DNA from: Fidelibacterota bacterium
Lineage (GTDB): Bacteria > Fidelibacterota > Fidelibacteria > Fidelibacterales > DSDE01
Reading direction: 5' to 3'
DNA: 29,371 nucleotides
Assembly (NCBI GenBank): GCA_046735395.1
Contig: JBJKQR010000021.1
Coordinates: 1 to 29,371, forward strand
Shown here in pieces: positions 1 through 9,723 of this stretch. A program made the translations under genes and the position numbers. Numbering within the stretch: the stretch's first letter is position 1; each line of letters opens with the position of its first letter. A model generated the notes under the pieces. It saw only the letters and a program-made list of their open reading frames with translations, did no database searches and was not told the DNA's origin.

Positions 1-1
1 T

Positions 2-1243
2 GACCTGATGGACGACCGCCGCGAAAATATTCATGACCGGCGTTCAGAAATCACCCTGCTGAAAATGAATGATGAAACCAAAACCCGAGCCAAGGACAAT
101 ATGCGGGAAGTCCGGGAACGCCGAAACCGTCTGCGTTCTGCGGTTAATGTCATTGTCGTCACTGCCGGGGAACTGAATTACGGCCTGATTGTGGATGATC
201 TGCTGGATACGGAAGAAATCGTGGTCAAACCACTGGGAATACACCTTAACAAAGCCCAGGGTTATGCAGGAGCGACGATACTGGGTGACGGGCATTCGGC
301 TCTCATTCTCGATATCGTGGGAATTTCCAAGATGGAAAGCCTGAAGATCGTGAAGGAAACGGCGCATCAGGATATTCTGGCGGATGAACTCAACCGTCGC
401 AAGAATGCCCAGTCTCTGCTCGTTGTCAAGAATGCCGCAAGTGAATATTTCGCCATCCCGCTGGGCCTCATTACCCGTCTGGAGAAAATAAACCGGAAAC
501 AGATCGAAACTCCCGGCGGTATGCTGTCCATGAAGTATCGCGGTGGAAACATGAAGCTCTTCACCATCGAAAGTGTAGCCAATGTGCTGCCGAGGGAAGA
601 TGTGGAGTTTCCCTTCGTCATCATGTTCCCCATGGCGGGCGTCGAAGTTGGGATCATTGTCTCCAGCATCGTGGATGCAATAGAGATTTCCGTTGAGATC
701 GACGACCGGACCTTCAAGCAGCCCGGCATTCTGGGTTCCACTATCATCATGGAAAATACCACAATGCTCCTCGATCTCTACGGCATCGTGGCCGCCAATG
801 CACCTGAATTGTCTGTCGCCACGAAGAAGACGGCCGAAACGGAAAGCAGCCAGGATTTTGATAATGACGGGCTCGTGCTCATCGTCGAGGATTCCAATTT
901 TTTCCTCAATAATATGAAGAATATTATCGAAGATTCGGGATATAAGGCTGTGACAGCCATGGACGGCATAGAGGGACTGGATGTTCTTCATGAGTTCGGC
1001 CACCGCATCCGTGTGGTCCTGACCGATATCGAGATGCCCAATATGGACGGCTTGGAAATGTCCCGTGAAATCCGGCAGGATCCGGAGTACGCCGATATTC
1101 CCATCATTGCCTGCACCTCTGTTGCCGGCGAACTTGCCGAAAAGAGAGGCTATGAAGCCGGTCTGGATGAATACATGATTAAACTGGATCGGGAACAGGT
1201 TGTTGAAAAAGTCCGTCAGTACATGAAATACGGCAGAAACTAA
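2..1243 (+). CDS. cheA: Hybrid chemotaxis histidine kinase CheA, 3' part (end of first CheW-like domain, second CheW-like domain, C-terminal receiver); 5' truncated by window edge
   Basis: Frame is open from base 2 (gac ctg atg). CheA P5-type motif YGLIVDDLLDTEEIVVKPL...AGATILGDGHSALILD; second CheW-like unit FAIPLGLITRLE...GILGSTIIMENTTMLLD; receiver LIVEDS...LTDIEMP...YMIK. Followed by cheW, MCPs, cheB, cheR. The kinase core is not in the window. Confidence 0.88.
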   Translation, partial: DLMDDRRENIHDRRSEITLLKMNDETKTRAKDNMREVRERRNRLRSAVNVIVVTAGELNYGLIVDDLLDTEEIVVKPLGIHLNKAQGYAGATILGDGHSALILDIVGISKMESLKIVKETAHQDILADELNRRKNAQSLLVVKNAASEYFAIPLGLITRLEKINRKQIETPGGMLSMKYRGGNMKLFTIESVANVLPREDVEFPFVIMFPMAGVEVGIIVSSIVDAIEISVEIDDRTFKQPGILGSTIIMENTTMLLDLYGIVAANAPELSVATKKTAETESSQDFDNDGLVLIVEDSNFFLNNMKNIIEDSGYKAVTAMDGIEGLDVLHEFGHRIRVVLTDIEMPNMDGLEMSREIRQDPEYADIPIIACTSVAGELAEKRGYEAGLDEYMIKLDREQVVEKVRQYMKYGRN

Positions 1244-1257
1244 TATAGGGACCCGTC

Positions 1258-1683
1258 ATGGATGAAAATCAGGAAATTGCGGTTTTTCAGGTTGGTCAGA
1301 TCCTCTGCGGTCTGAATATCAACCACGTGCAGGAAATTAACAAACATATCAATATTACCAAGGTCTATGGCGCGCCGGATTATGTCCGGGGCATCATGAA
1401 CCTCCGGGGCCAGATCGTGACCATCATTGACATGAGAAAAAAATTCGGTCTGGAAAGTGTTGAATTCAATGAGGAAATGCGGATTGTCGTGACCAAGTCC
1501 AATGATGAAAGCATCGGATTGCTGGTGGATGGTGTCAGGGACGTGATACAGGCGAATACAGAGAGTATTGAACCGCCGCCTTCAAATGTCCGCGGTGTCT
1601 CCTCCCGGTATTTCATGGGCGTGCTGAAAATGAAGGATGCACTCCTCATGCTTCTGGACAAGGAACGGGTTCTCGAATTCTGA
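1258..1683 (+). CDS. cheW: Chemotaxis coupling protein CheW
   Basis: 141 aa with VQEI...ITKVYGAPDYVRGIMNLRGQIVTIID...IGLLVDGV, the CheW signature; directly after cheA. Confidence 0.96.
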   Translation: MDENQEIAVFQVGQILCGLNINHVQEINKHINITKVYGAPDYVRGIMNLRGQIVTIIDMRKKFGLESVEFNEEMRIVVTKSNDESIGLLVDGVRDVIQANTESIEPPPSNVRGVSSRYFMGVLKMKDALLMLLDKERVLEF

Positions 1684-1696
1684 TTCAGGATAAATT

Positions 1697-2650
1697 ATGT
1701 TCAAAACAATTTCAGTTTTTTTCCTGTTCACTCTGGCGGCCTCTCTTGAGGCCCAGATGGAGTTGAGCGGATATTTCGATATTCTGAACAGCTATGATGC
1801 CCGCCTGGGAAATTATGGTGGGTTTGATTTCGGACAGTTCGAAGTGGATGTGGCTGCAGAGGCCGGCGAAAGGGCGGAGGCAGAAGCTGCCATTGCATTT
1901 GATCCGACAACAAACCAGTTCGGACTGGGCGTGGCCTTCATGGATTTTCATGTCGCAGGAGAGGAGGCCGAACATCCTGCCCGTGGTGAGGCGCCATTGC
2001 ACACGGGTCTGTTGCTCGGCCGTTTCGATGTTCCCTTCGGAATTGATTATGTGAAGATCCCGTCGAATGTACGGGAACTTGTGACGCCGCCGCTTCTGAA
2101 CCGGAAGACTATCAACAGCTGGAATTCCATGGGCCTTGATCTCTACGGCGGTGGAGGCAGCTGGGAATATAATGTATTCCTTGTGAATGGCCTGGTTGGA
2201 TCCGGGCCGGCAGTGGGTGCCCGGCTTGCACGGTTTCTGTCATCCACGCTGACGGTGGGATTGTCCGCGGCCACGGATCTTCAGACCAGCGCCTCCGGGG
2301 CTTCGGCCACCGGCCTGGATCTGAAATATATCCGGGGCGGAACGGAACTGACCGGGGAACTGCAGCTGGCGAGACATATACTGGAAGGTGAAATATCACC
2401 CCTGACGCACGGCGGGGCCTATCTCGCTGTGAAACAGGAGTTGGCAGATTTTGCCGACATTCCGGCCTATGCCGCTCTGTCCGTCACAGGCTGGCAGGAC
2501 GAGAAGGGACATGCGGAACAGAGCCTGGCAGCGGGCGGAGGCTGGCACCTGAACGGTTCCGTCGAATGCCGGATTGAATATATTTATGAGAAATCAGTAA
2601 CAAACGTCTATTTTAATCAGCTCTCATGCCAGGTGGTCATGGCATTCTGA
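1697..2650 (+). CDS. Putative outer-membrane beta-barrel (porin-like) protein
   Basis: Signal peptide ([20 protein letters not shown]), alternating hydrophobic beta-strand patterns ([24 protein letters not shown]), GRFDVPFG motif as seen in OprO/P-like barrel families, C-terminal Phe (VVMAF). Confidence 0.7.
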   Translation: MFKTISVFFLFTLAASLEAQMELSGYFDILNSYDARLGNYGGFDFGQFEVDVAAEAGERAEAEAAIAFDPTTNQFGLGVAFMDFHVAGEEAEHPARGEAPLHTGLLLGRFDVPFGIDYVKIPSNVRELVTPPLLNRKTINSWNSMGLDLYGGGGSWEYNVFLVNGLVGSGPAVGARLARFLSSTLTVGLSAATDLQTSASGASATGLDLKYIRGGTELTGELQLARHILEGEISPLTHGGAYLAVKQELADFADIPAYAALSVTGWQDEKGHAEQSLAAGGGWHLNGSVECRIEYIYEKSVTNVYFNQLSCQVVMAF

Positions 2651-2675
2651 ACATACTATCGAGAAGGAAAGTGAA

Positions 2676-4367
2676 ATGAATTCGTTCAAAAAATTGAGCA
2701 TCACCGCTAAAATGATTCTGGTCTTTGGTTTTATTGTCACACTGTCTATCGGCATGATTGTTTTCAGCGTTTATGAAGCCGACCGCATCGGAGCAGCAGG
2801 TACGGATGCCGCAACCGTTTCCGCTCCCAGAATGGATGCGATGATGGAAATGAAGATACAGGCGATGGATGCCTTTGTGGAATTTACCGATCTCTATGAT
2901 GGCGTAGGCTATGGAAGTCTCGATAAAATGAATGCAAGTTTCGATAAAATCGACTGGTATCTGAAGGTTATGCTGAACGGAAGCTCGGAAAAAGGCGCCG
3001 TGTATGAAAAAGTCACGGATCCTGAAATCGTTGCTAAACTGAAACAATATCGGTCTCAGCTGGCGAAATTCCGTTCCACCTGCGAAGACATTCTGAATAA
3101 CACTGCAGCGAGGAAAAAGACCGATATGGATACCTTCCGCGAAGCGTTCAGCAATTTTAAGGAATCCTTCAGTGATGTTGAAGATCGCTTCGAAAAGGAT
3201 CTGGATGCGTCCGTTCGGAAGATTGATAATCTGAACAGCACAAACAAACGCTCCATGGGAATTCTTATTGTAATAGGAGTATTGATCGTAACCCTCTTCG
3301 GTGTTTTATTCATACGTATGCTGACACGGCCGATTCTGGATCTGAAGAAGGGAATGGATTCGGTGGGGAATGGGGATTATACCGTTTTCGTGAAAACCGA
3401 TCTGAAAGATGAGCTGGGAGATCTGGTCAACTGGTTCAATGATTTTGTGGATAAATTGAAAAAGATGCGGGACCAGGAAGATCTGGTTAGGAAAAATGTC
3501 CAGAGCGGTACGGAAAACCTGAATACCATGGCTCAGGCCCTTCGTGAAATTGCCGAAGCTCTCAATGGTAAAGCCGGATCCATTACGGAACAGGCGAATT
3601 CGACGGCTGCAGCTACGGAGCAGATGTCCTCGAATCTCACCTCCGTTTCTTCAGCGGCAGAACAGTCGCAGGTTAACCTGAATACCGTTGCGTCCGCGAC
3701 CGAGGAGATGACGTCCACGATCGGTGAAATCGCCGGAAATGCGGAACAGGCCCGGAGCATTACCACGGATGCACAGAAATCTGTGGAGAATGCGGCGACT
3801 AAAGTGGATGAATTGGGCCATGCTGCCCGTGAAGTGTCGAAGGTGACGGAAACTATTATGGATATCGCGGAGCAGACTAAGCTGCTGGCACTGAATGCTA
3901 CCATTGAGGCCGCGCGTGCCGGTGAGGCCGGAAAAGGATTTGCCGTCGTTGCCAATGAGGTGAAGGAACTGGCCAAGCAGACCAACGATGCCACCGAGGA
4001 TATCAGCAGGAAGATTGCAGCGATTCAGAACAGCACGGATGCGACGGTGCATGAAATGAAAAATATCAACGAAGTGGTTGCCAGGGTTACCGAGATTGTT
4101 ACAACCATTGCCACTGCGGTTGAGGAACAGAACGTCACCACACAGGATATCGCCACTAATATATCTCAGGCCACCGCCGGTGTCCGGGAAGTTGTGGAAA
4201 ACGTCATACAGGTGGCAACCGTTTCACGGGAAGTTGCTTCCAGCATGGTTCAGGTCAATAATGAACTGAACGATGTGAATGCGACGTCTGCCCGTCTGAA
4301 TGATAATGTGGCTGTGCTCACCGAGACCAGTTCACAGCTCAAGTCCGTGGCTGATCAGTTTAATTGA
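2676..4367 (+). CDS. Methyl-accepting chemotaxis protein, 2 TM, helical periplasmic sensor, HAMP, signalling domain
   Basis: TM1 ([18 protein letters not shown]), TM2 ([18 protein letters not shown]), HAMP (PILDL...[13 protein letters not shown]), hairpin tip [37 protein letters not shown]. Confidence 0.96.
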   Translation: MNSFKKLSITAKMILVFGFIVTLSIGMIVFSVYEADRIGAAGTDAATVSAPRMDAMMEMKIQAMDAFVEFTDLYDGVGYGSLDKMNASFDKIDWYLKVMLNGSSEKGAVYEKVTDPEIVAKLKQYRSQLAKFRSTCEDILNNTAARKKTDMDTFREAFSNFKESFSDVEDRFEKDLDASVRKIDNLNSTNKRSMGILIVIGVLIVTLFGVLFIRMLTRPILDLKKGMDSVGNGDYTVFVKTDLKDELGDLVNWFNDFVDKLKKMRDQEDLVRKNVQSGTENLNTMAQALREIAEALNGKAGSITEQANSTAAATEQMSSNLTSVSSAAEQSQVNLNTVASATEEMTSTIGEIAGNAEQARSITTDAQKSVENAATKVDELGHAAREVSKVTETIMDIAEQTKLLALNATIEAARAGEAGKGFAVVANEVKELAKQTNDATEDISRKIAAIQNSTDATVHEMKNINEVVARVTEIVTTIATAVEEQNVTTQDIATNISQATAGVREVVENVIQVATVSREVASSMVQVNNELNDVNATSARLNDNVAVLTETSSQLKSVADQFN

Positions 4368-4398
4368 AAATATCTTGTAACCGAAAGGACGATTTCAA

Positions 4399-6066
4399 AT
4401 GAATGAACGCTTCAGGAACATGTCGCTGAATAAGAAAATTCCACTGTCGCTGCTGCTGATTCTTATCATTGTTTCCTTTGTTTCCTTTGCTTATCTCATC
4501 AGTCGTCAAAAAAACATTGATTTTCTCAAGAAAAAGAAAAATCTGGCTCAATTGAGCCTGGTGGTGGATCAAAGTATCAGTAATCTCATGATACTGGGTG
4601 AAATGGATCTGGTTGAGGACAACCTCCAGGATGTGGCCAGCGAAGAAAGTATTCTCGCCATTCATCTGCTTGATAAAGAGAATAAAGTGTTCTCTTCCAC
4701 CGATTCGAGTATGAAAGGGATGGAAATACATAATTCTTATCTGAAGAACATGTCGGCCTCTAAAATTCCGGTAACTGACGACACGCGGTTCAATGAAGGA
4801 CAGATTACCTATTTTCAACCCGTTTTACTCACGGAAGACTGTCTTCAGTGTCATGATGGAAAGACAGGAGATCTTATCGGTATTCTGGCAACGACACAGA
4901 GCACTCAGGATGTATTGACCAATGCCTCGAACAACCGACGGGTTCTGATCGGAATTGCGGCAATCTTCGTCATTATAATCGGGTTGTTTTCAGTATTTAC
5001 CTTGCGCGTTCTCGTGGTCACGCCGGTCAACCATGCTCTGAATTCCATGAAAGAGATCGCACAGGGCTCCTCAACTTTCACCAACCGGCTGGAAGTGTCA
5101 TCCAGAGATGAAATCGGAAAATTGGCCTATTACTTCAACATGTTCATGGAAAAACTGCAGCAGGAAGCCAAGGTGAAGGAAAAGGTGCAGGAGGATGTCC
5201 GGACTGAAATTGATTCATTGAACCATATGACCGAACAGCTCACAGCCATCTCCGCCAATCTGAAGGATAAGGCTGTGGAGATCAACAGTCAATCCGGCCG
5301 CGTGAACAAGGCCTCCAATGACATGAACGACAATATGACCTCGGTTACCACCATCGTTAATACGTCACGGGAGAATATTTCCGCCGTGGACGGCGCAACG
5401 GCAAATATGGTGCAGGCCGTGAGTGAAATCGCCGAAAATGCTGAAAAGGCCCGGGGTGTCACCCTGAGTGCCGTTTCATCCATGTCGGCAGCGGAAAATA
5501 GTGTAAATTCACTTGGAAAAGCGGCAGAGGAAGTGCAAATCGTCGTCAATTCCATTCTCGAAATTGCCGACCAAACGAAACTGCTGGCCCTGAATGCCAC
5601 CATCGAAGCTGCCCGTGCCGGTGAGGCCGGGAAAGGGTTTGCGGTTGTGGCCAGCGAAGTCAAGGATCTTGCCGTTCAGACGAACACCCTGACCGAAAAT
5701 ATCATTTCCAAGATCAATACCATTTCCGAAATGACGGGTGTAACGGTCAAGGAGATCAAATCCACCGCTTCCATCATGGCCGATGTGAGTGATATGGTGA
5801 ACACTATTGCCGCAGCAGTTGAGGAACAGAATATCTCCACTCAGCAGATCGCCCAGAATATTGCCGAAGCCATGGACGGCATGAATCAGGTTGTGAGCGG
5901 CGTGGAAGATGCGGCCTACAAGGCCCGTGACGTGGGAAGCAGCATTTCCGAAGTTGATACGAATATTGCCGATATCCGGGAAAATTCGGAAAAACTGGAT
6001 GGAAATATCAGGACTATCCGCGATTCCGGCGAAAAACTGGGGCATATTTCTCAGGCTTTCGATTAA
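4399..6066 (+). CDS. Methyl-accepting chemotaxis protein with periplasmic c-type heme motif (CxxCH)
   Basis: Two TMs, HAMP ([13 protein letters not shown]), tip [36 protein letters not shown] at 4840-4854 lies between the TMs. Confidence 0.95.
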   Translation: MNERFRNMSLNKKIPLSLLLILIIVSFVSFAYLISRQKNIDFLKKKKNLAQLSLVVDQSISNLMILGEMDLVEDNLQDVASEESILAIHLLDKENKVFSSTDSSMKGMEIHNSYLKNMSASKIPVTDDTRFNEGQITYFQPVLLTEDCLQCHDGKTGDLIGILATTQSTQDVLTNASNNRRVLIGIAAIFVIIIGLFSVFTLRVLVVTPVNHALNSMKEIAQGSSTFTNRLEVSSRDEIGKLAYYFNMFMEKLQQEAKVKEKVQEDVRTEIDSLNHMTEQLTAISANLKDKAVEINSQSGRVNKASNDMNDNMTSVTTIVNTSRENISAVDGATANMVQAVSEIAENAEKARGVTLSAVSSMSAAENSVNSLGKAAEEVQIVVNSILEIADQTKLLALNATIEAARAGEAGKGFAVVASEVKDLAVQTNTLTENIISKINTISEMTGVTVKEIKSTASIMADVSDMVNTIAAAVEEQNISTQQIAQNIAEAMDGMNQVVSGVEDAAYKARDVGSSISEVDTNIADIRENSEKLDGNIRTIRDSGEKLGHISQAFD

Positions 6067-6102
6067 ACCTTCATAACCGTCCCCTTAAATACAAGGTGTT
6101 AT

Positions 6103-7221
6103 TTGGAACAGGATATTCGACTTTTAATTGTAGATGATTCACTCCTTTTTCGAAAAATTCTGAAGGATATACTTCAGGATATACAGGGCGTGAATGTGAT
6201 CGGACAGGCCCGGGACGGACAGGATGCGCTCCATCAGATCCGTACGCTGAAGCCGGATATTGTCACCCTCGACGTGGAAATGCCGGTGATGGACGGACTT
6301 GCCACGCTGGAAGCCATCAAAAAGGAATTTTCCTCCGTTGCCGTCGTCATGGTTTCCTCGCTGACCACAGCCGGAGCTGTGACCACAATGAAAGCGCTGG
6401 AGCTGGGCGCGCTTGATTTTATCACCAAACCGGATTCTCCGGATCAGGATACGAACCGGCGTCACATTGAATCACAGCTGAAGCCGATTCTGAATATTTT
6501 TCGGATCAGGGCCGGAGCGGCACGTATGGCCCGCAAGCCGGCTCCGCCTGTCCCACCCACAGTAAGGCCCATCCATACGACTCCGGACCGGAGGGCTGTT
6601 GTCGGGATGCCGGAATCAGGGATTGTATTCCCCAAACTCAAGGGGAAACCTGAAATTCTGGCTATCGGTATCAGTACAGGGGGGCCGAAGGCGCTCATGG
6701 AAGTTGTTCCCTTTCTGCCTGCTGCCCTGCCGGTACCGGTGCTGATTGTCCAGCACATGCCGCCTATATTCACCCAGGCTCTGGCCGATTCTCTGGCAAA
6801 AAAAAGCAAAGTGAAGGTTCGTGAAGCAGCCGAGGGTGATATTCTGGAGGCCGGAACCGTCTACATTGCACCGGGTGGCCTGCATATGCGTGTGAAAAGC
6901 CGGGATGCGGCCGGACGGATAAGCCTTGAGATCACAGATGATCCGCCGGTCAATCACTGCAAACCATCGGTTGATTATTGCTTCAAATCATTGACAAAAT
7001 ATTTCGAACGGAAGGTTCTCGCCGTCATTATGACGGGCATGGGAAACGACGGGACCACCGGCCTGCGGCTGCTGAAACGAAGCGGCGCAGAAGTTATTGC
7101 CCAGGATCAGGCCACTTCGGTTGTATTCGGTATGCCCGCCGAGGCGATCAAGGCCGGCGTGGTGGATCAGGTTCTTCCGCTGAACCGTATCGCCGCCCGG
7201 ATAAATGAAATCGTGATGTGA
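6103..7221 (+). CDS. cheB: Chemotaxis response regulator protein-glutamate methylesterase CheB
   Basis: TTG start after aaggtg; REC (LIVDDS, TLDVEMP, FITKP), Pro-rich linker, catalytic motifs GISTGG, QHMP, TGMGNDG. Confidence 0.97.
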   Translation: MEQDIRLLIVDDSLLFRKILKDILQDIQGVNVIGQARDGQDALHQIRTLKPDIVTLDVEMPVMDGLATLEAIKKEFSSVAVVMVSSLTTAGAVTTMKALELGALDFITKPDSPDQDTNRRHIESQLKPILNIFRIRAGAARMARKPAPPVPPTVRPIHTTPDRRAVVGMPESGIVFPKLKGKPEILAIGISTGGPKALMEVVPFLPAALPVPVLIVQHMPPIFTQALADSLAKKSKVKVREAAEGDILEAGTVYIAPGGLHMRVKSRDAAGRISLEITDDPPVNHCKPSVDYCFKSLTKYFERKVLAVIMTGMGNDGTTGLRLLKRSGAEVIAQDQATSVVFGMPAEAIKAGVVDQVLPLNRIAARINEIVM

Positions 7222-7234
7222 AATCGTCAGGTCC

Positions 7235-8077
7235 ATGATTAAAATTACGCCGGATGAACTGACCCGACTCTCCAGATATGTCTACGATCTGACCGGTATT
7301 GTTCTGGACTCGACTAAAGCCTACCTTGCCGAAAGCCGCCTGTATCCGCTCCTGATGGAATACGGATTCACCTCCTACGCGCAGCTGCAGCAGAAAGCGC
7401 TCGCGGATGCGAGTAAGCTGATAGAAAAAAAAATTATCGATGGCATCACAACCAATGAAACTTATTTTTTCCGGGATAAGAATCCGTTTGAATTATTGAA
7501 ATACAAGATACTTCCGGACACCATTGACCGGATCAGCGCCCGTCCCGGGGGACTCCGGCCTGCACTGCGGGTCTGGTCTGCGGCCTGTTCCACCGGTCAG
7601 GAAGTGTACAGCATCGGAATTGTACTGAAGGAACTGCTCGGAGATCTGAGTAAATGGAATATCTCACTGTTCGGGACGGATATTTCCGATGCCGCCATTG
7701 AAAAGGCGAGTATGGGCAGATATTCGAAATTTGAAGTGGAGCGGGGACTGGAGCCGGGACGGATATCCCGTTATTTCAAGGCGGCTTCGACGAATTTATG
7801 GCAGATCAATGATGAGATCCGCGCCCTGGCAAATTTCCGTAAAGTGAATATTCTCAAACCTTTCGGTCACCTGGGAAAATTTGATATCATTCTGGTGCGC
7901 AATGTGGCCATCTATTTTGATGCTCAGAACAAGATCCGCCTCTTCGATCAGATTGCCAATCAGCTGAATCCGCAGGGAGCGCTGATGATCGGAAGTACGG
8001 AAAGCCTGCTGGGTATCAGCGAAAGATATGAAAAGAAGATGTATCACAATTCCGTGTTTTATGAATTGATACGCTGA
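7235..8077 (+). CDS. cheR: Chemotaxis methyltransferase CheR
   Basis: TTNETYFFRD, RVWSAACSTGQEVYSI, GTDIS, FDIILVRNVAIYF, GSTESL. Confidence 0.97.
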   Translation: MIKITPDELTRLSRYVYDLTGIVLDSTKAYLAESRLYPLLMEYGFTSYAQLQQKALADASKLIEKKIIDGITTNETYFFRDKNPFELLKYKILPDTIDRISARPGGLRPALRVWSAACSTGQEVYSIGIVLKELLGDLSKWNISLFGTDISDAAIEKASMGRYSKFEVERGLEPGRISRYFKAASTNLWQINDEIRALANFRKVNILKPFGHLGKFDIILVRNVAIYFDAQNKIRLFDQIANQLNPQGALMIGSTESLLGISERYEKKMYHNSVFYELIR

Positions 8078-8086
8078 GACAGGATT

Positions 8087-9280
8087 ATGCGAATACTGAT
8101 TGCAGATGATGACAAGATTTCCCGTACGCTCCTCCAGAAGCAGCTGGAAAAACTCGGATATCATGTAACCGCTGCTCAGGATGGGGAGGAAGCCTGGGAA
8201 CAGGCGCACAACAATGATTTTTCCATGATCATCAGTGACTGGATGATGCCCGGCCTGAATGGAATTGAATTCGTAAAGAAACTCCGCAGGAAACGGCGGG
8301 GTGACTATGTATATTTTATATTATTGACCGCAAAACAGACGACTGAGGATCTGATCGAAGGACTGGAAAGCGGTGCGGACGATTTCATCCGCAAGCCCTT
8401 CCATAAGGAGGAACTGAGGGTAAGGGTCATGTCCGGCGAGCGGATCGTAAATCTGGAACGGTCGCTGAAGACGCAGAATACGCGGCTGACGTCGCTGAAT
8501 CAGGAAATGCTCAAGGATCTGCGCTCGGCCGCCCGCATCCAGCAGAGCCTGCTGCCCCGCCAGCTGCCCCGGTCCGAACACTTTTCTTTTTCCTTTACGT
8601 ACATGCCTTCCGAGGAACTGGGAGGGGATACGCTGAATATTCTTCAGATTGACGAGCACCGTATCGCCATGTATCTGGTGGATGTGAGCGGACATGGTGT
8701 GTCGGCCGCCATGCTTGCTTTTTCCCTGTCGCGCATGCTGTCTCTGGATGAAAATCATTCTGTTCTGTTCCGCAGTGGAAATAATGGCGATGCGGCGGAT
8801 GACAGAATCCGGTCACCCCGGGAAGTGATTCGTGTCCTTAATCAGTCATTTGCTGTGGAAGAGATTGAAAATCAGTATTTTACGATTGTTTACGGAATTT
8901 ATGATCTTCGCGATTCTAGCTTCAGATTCGTATCTGCCGGCCATCCCGGAATCCTGCATATTACCGATACCAATCATCCCGAGCTGTATCACGCATCCGG
9001 CCTGGCCATCGGTTTCTGCAGGGATTGTGTCTACGAGGAAACGGTCCTGGAGATGAAGCCCGGAGCCAGGCTCTATCTCTACAGTGACGGGATCAATGAG
9101 GCTGCCGGCGCTACCCGTGAATATTTCGGGCATCAGCGCGTACTCAGCGTACTCTGTGCCCATAAGGACGATGATATTACACGAGCGACGAAAAACCTGA
9201 TTGAGACGGCCCAGAACTGGCAGAAACGGCATCGCTTCAACGATGATATATCTGTTATTGCCATGGAGATATTATCGTGA
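8087..9280 (+). CDS. Receiver domain + PP2C/SpoIIE (RsbU-like) serine phosphatase
   Basis: REC (ILIADDD, ISDWMMP, FIRKPF), coiled coil, AARIQQSLLP, GGD, DVSGHGV, SAGHP, YSDGINE, DDISV. Confidence 0.93.
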   Translation: MRILIADDDKISRTLLQKQLEKLGYHVTAAQDGEEAWEQAHNNDFSMIISDWMMPGLNGIEFVKKLRRKRRGDYVYFILLTAKQTTEDLIEGLESGADDFIRKPFHKEELRVRVMSGERIVNLERSLKTQNTRLTSLNQEMLKDLRSAARIQQSLLPRQLPRSEHFSFSFTYMPSEELGGDTLNILQIDEHRIAMYLVDVSGHGVSAAMLAFSLSRMLSLDENHSVLFRSGNNGDAADDRIRSPREVIRVLNQSFAVEEIENQYFTIVYGIYDLRDSSFRFVSAGHPGILHITDTNHPELYHASGLAIGFCRDCVYEETVLEMKPGARLYLYSDGINEAAGATREYFGHQRVLSVLCAHKDDDITRATKNLIETAQNWQKRHRFNDDISVIAMEILS

Positions 9281-9720
9281 AGGAATATACTATCAGGGAA
9301 GAGGAGCGTTCCCTCACGCTGAACTTTTCTTCCGCACTGCACCGGGTCAGCAGGGCGGTGAAGGATATTCTGAATTTTGTCCAGAAATTTGCTGAGGATA
9401 TCCCTGCCTTTAATTTCAATCTGGTGACCCGGGAAGCTCTGAACAATGCGGTTATTCACGGTAATTCCTGCAATCCGGAACGACAGGTCCGGGTTCGGGT
9501 GTCGGTATCGGAGAATGAATTGATACTCGTCGTCGAGGATGAAGGCCCCGGTTTCAACTGGCGGGAAATCTGCGAGCGGGAATTCAAGGGATTTCAGGAA
9601 TCGGGGATGGGCATGAAGATCATGTCCGGAAATGGATTTGAATTGAGTTTTAATGATTCGGGAAATGTTCTGACACTTCGCTACAGGATGTCTGCCCGGA
9701 CGAATGCACAGGATGATTGA
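9277..9720 (+). CDS. RsbW/SpoIIAB-like anti-sigma factor / serine kinase (GHKL ATP-binding)
   Basis: GTG start overlapping upstream TGA (GTGA); EALNNAVIHGN, VEDEGPGF, ESGMGM, GNVLTL motifs. Confidence 0.88.
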   Translation: MKEYTIREEERSLTLNFSSALHRVSRAVKDILNFVQKFAEDIPAFNFNLVTREALNNAVIHGNSCNPERQVRVRVSVSENELILVVEDEGPGFNWREICEREFKGFQESGMGMKIMSGNGFELSFNDSGNVLTLRYRMSARTNAQDD

Positions 9721-9723
9721 TTG

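Noticed and set aside
44..1003. 319-aa minus-strand ORF
   Set aside because: Antisense shadow of cheA with no recognisable motifs.
3880..5670. Near-identical DNA stretches in the two MCP genes (about 3880-3975 and 5580-5670)
   Set aside because: Explained by protein-level conservation of the hairpin tip, with third-position differences; not a repeat element.
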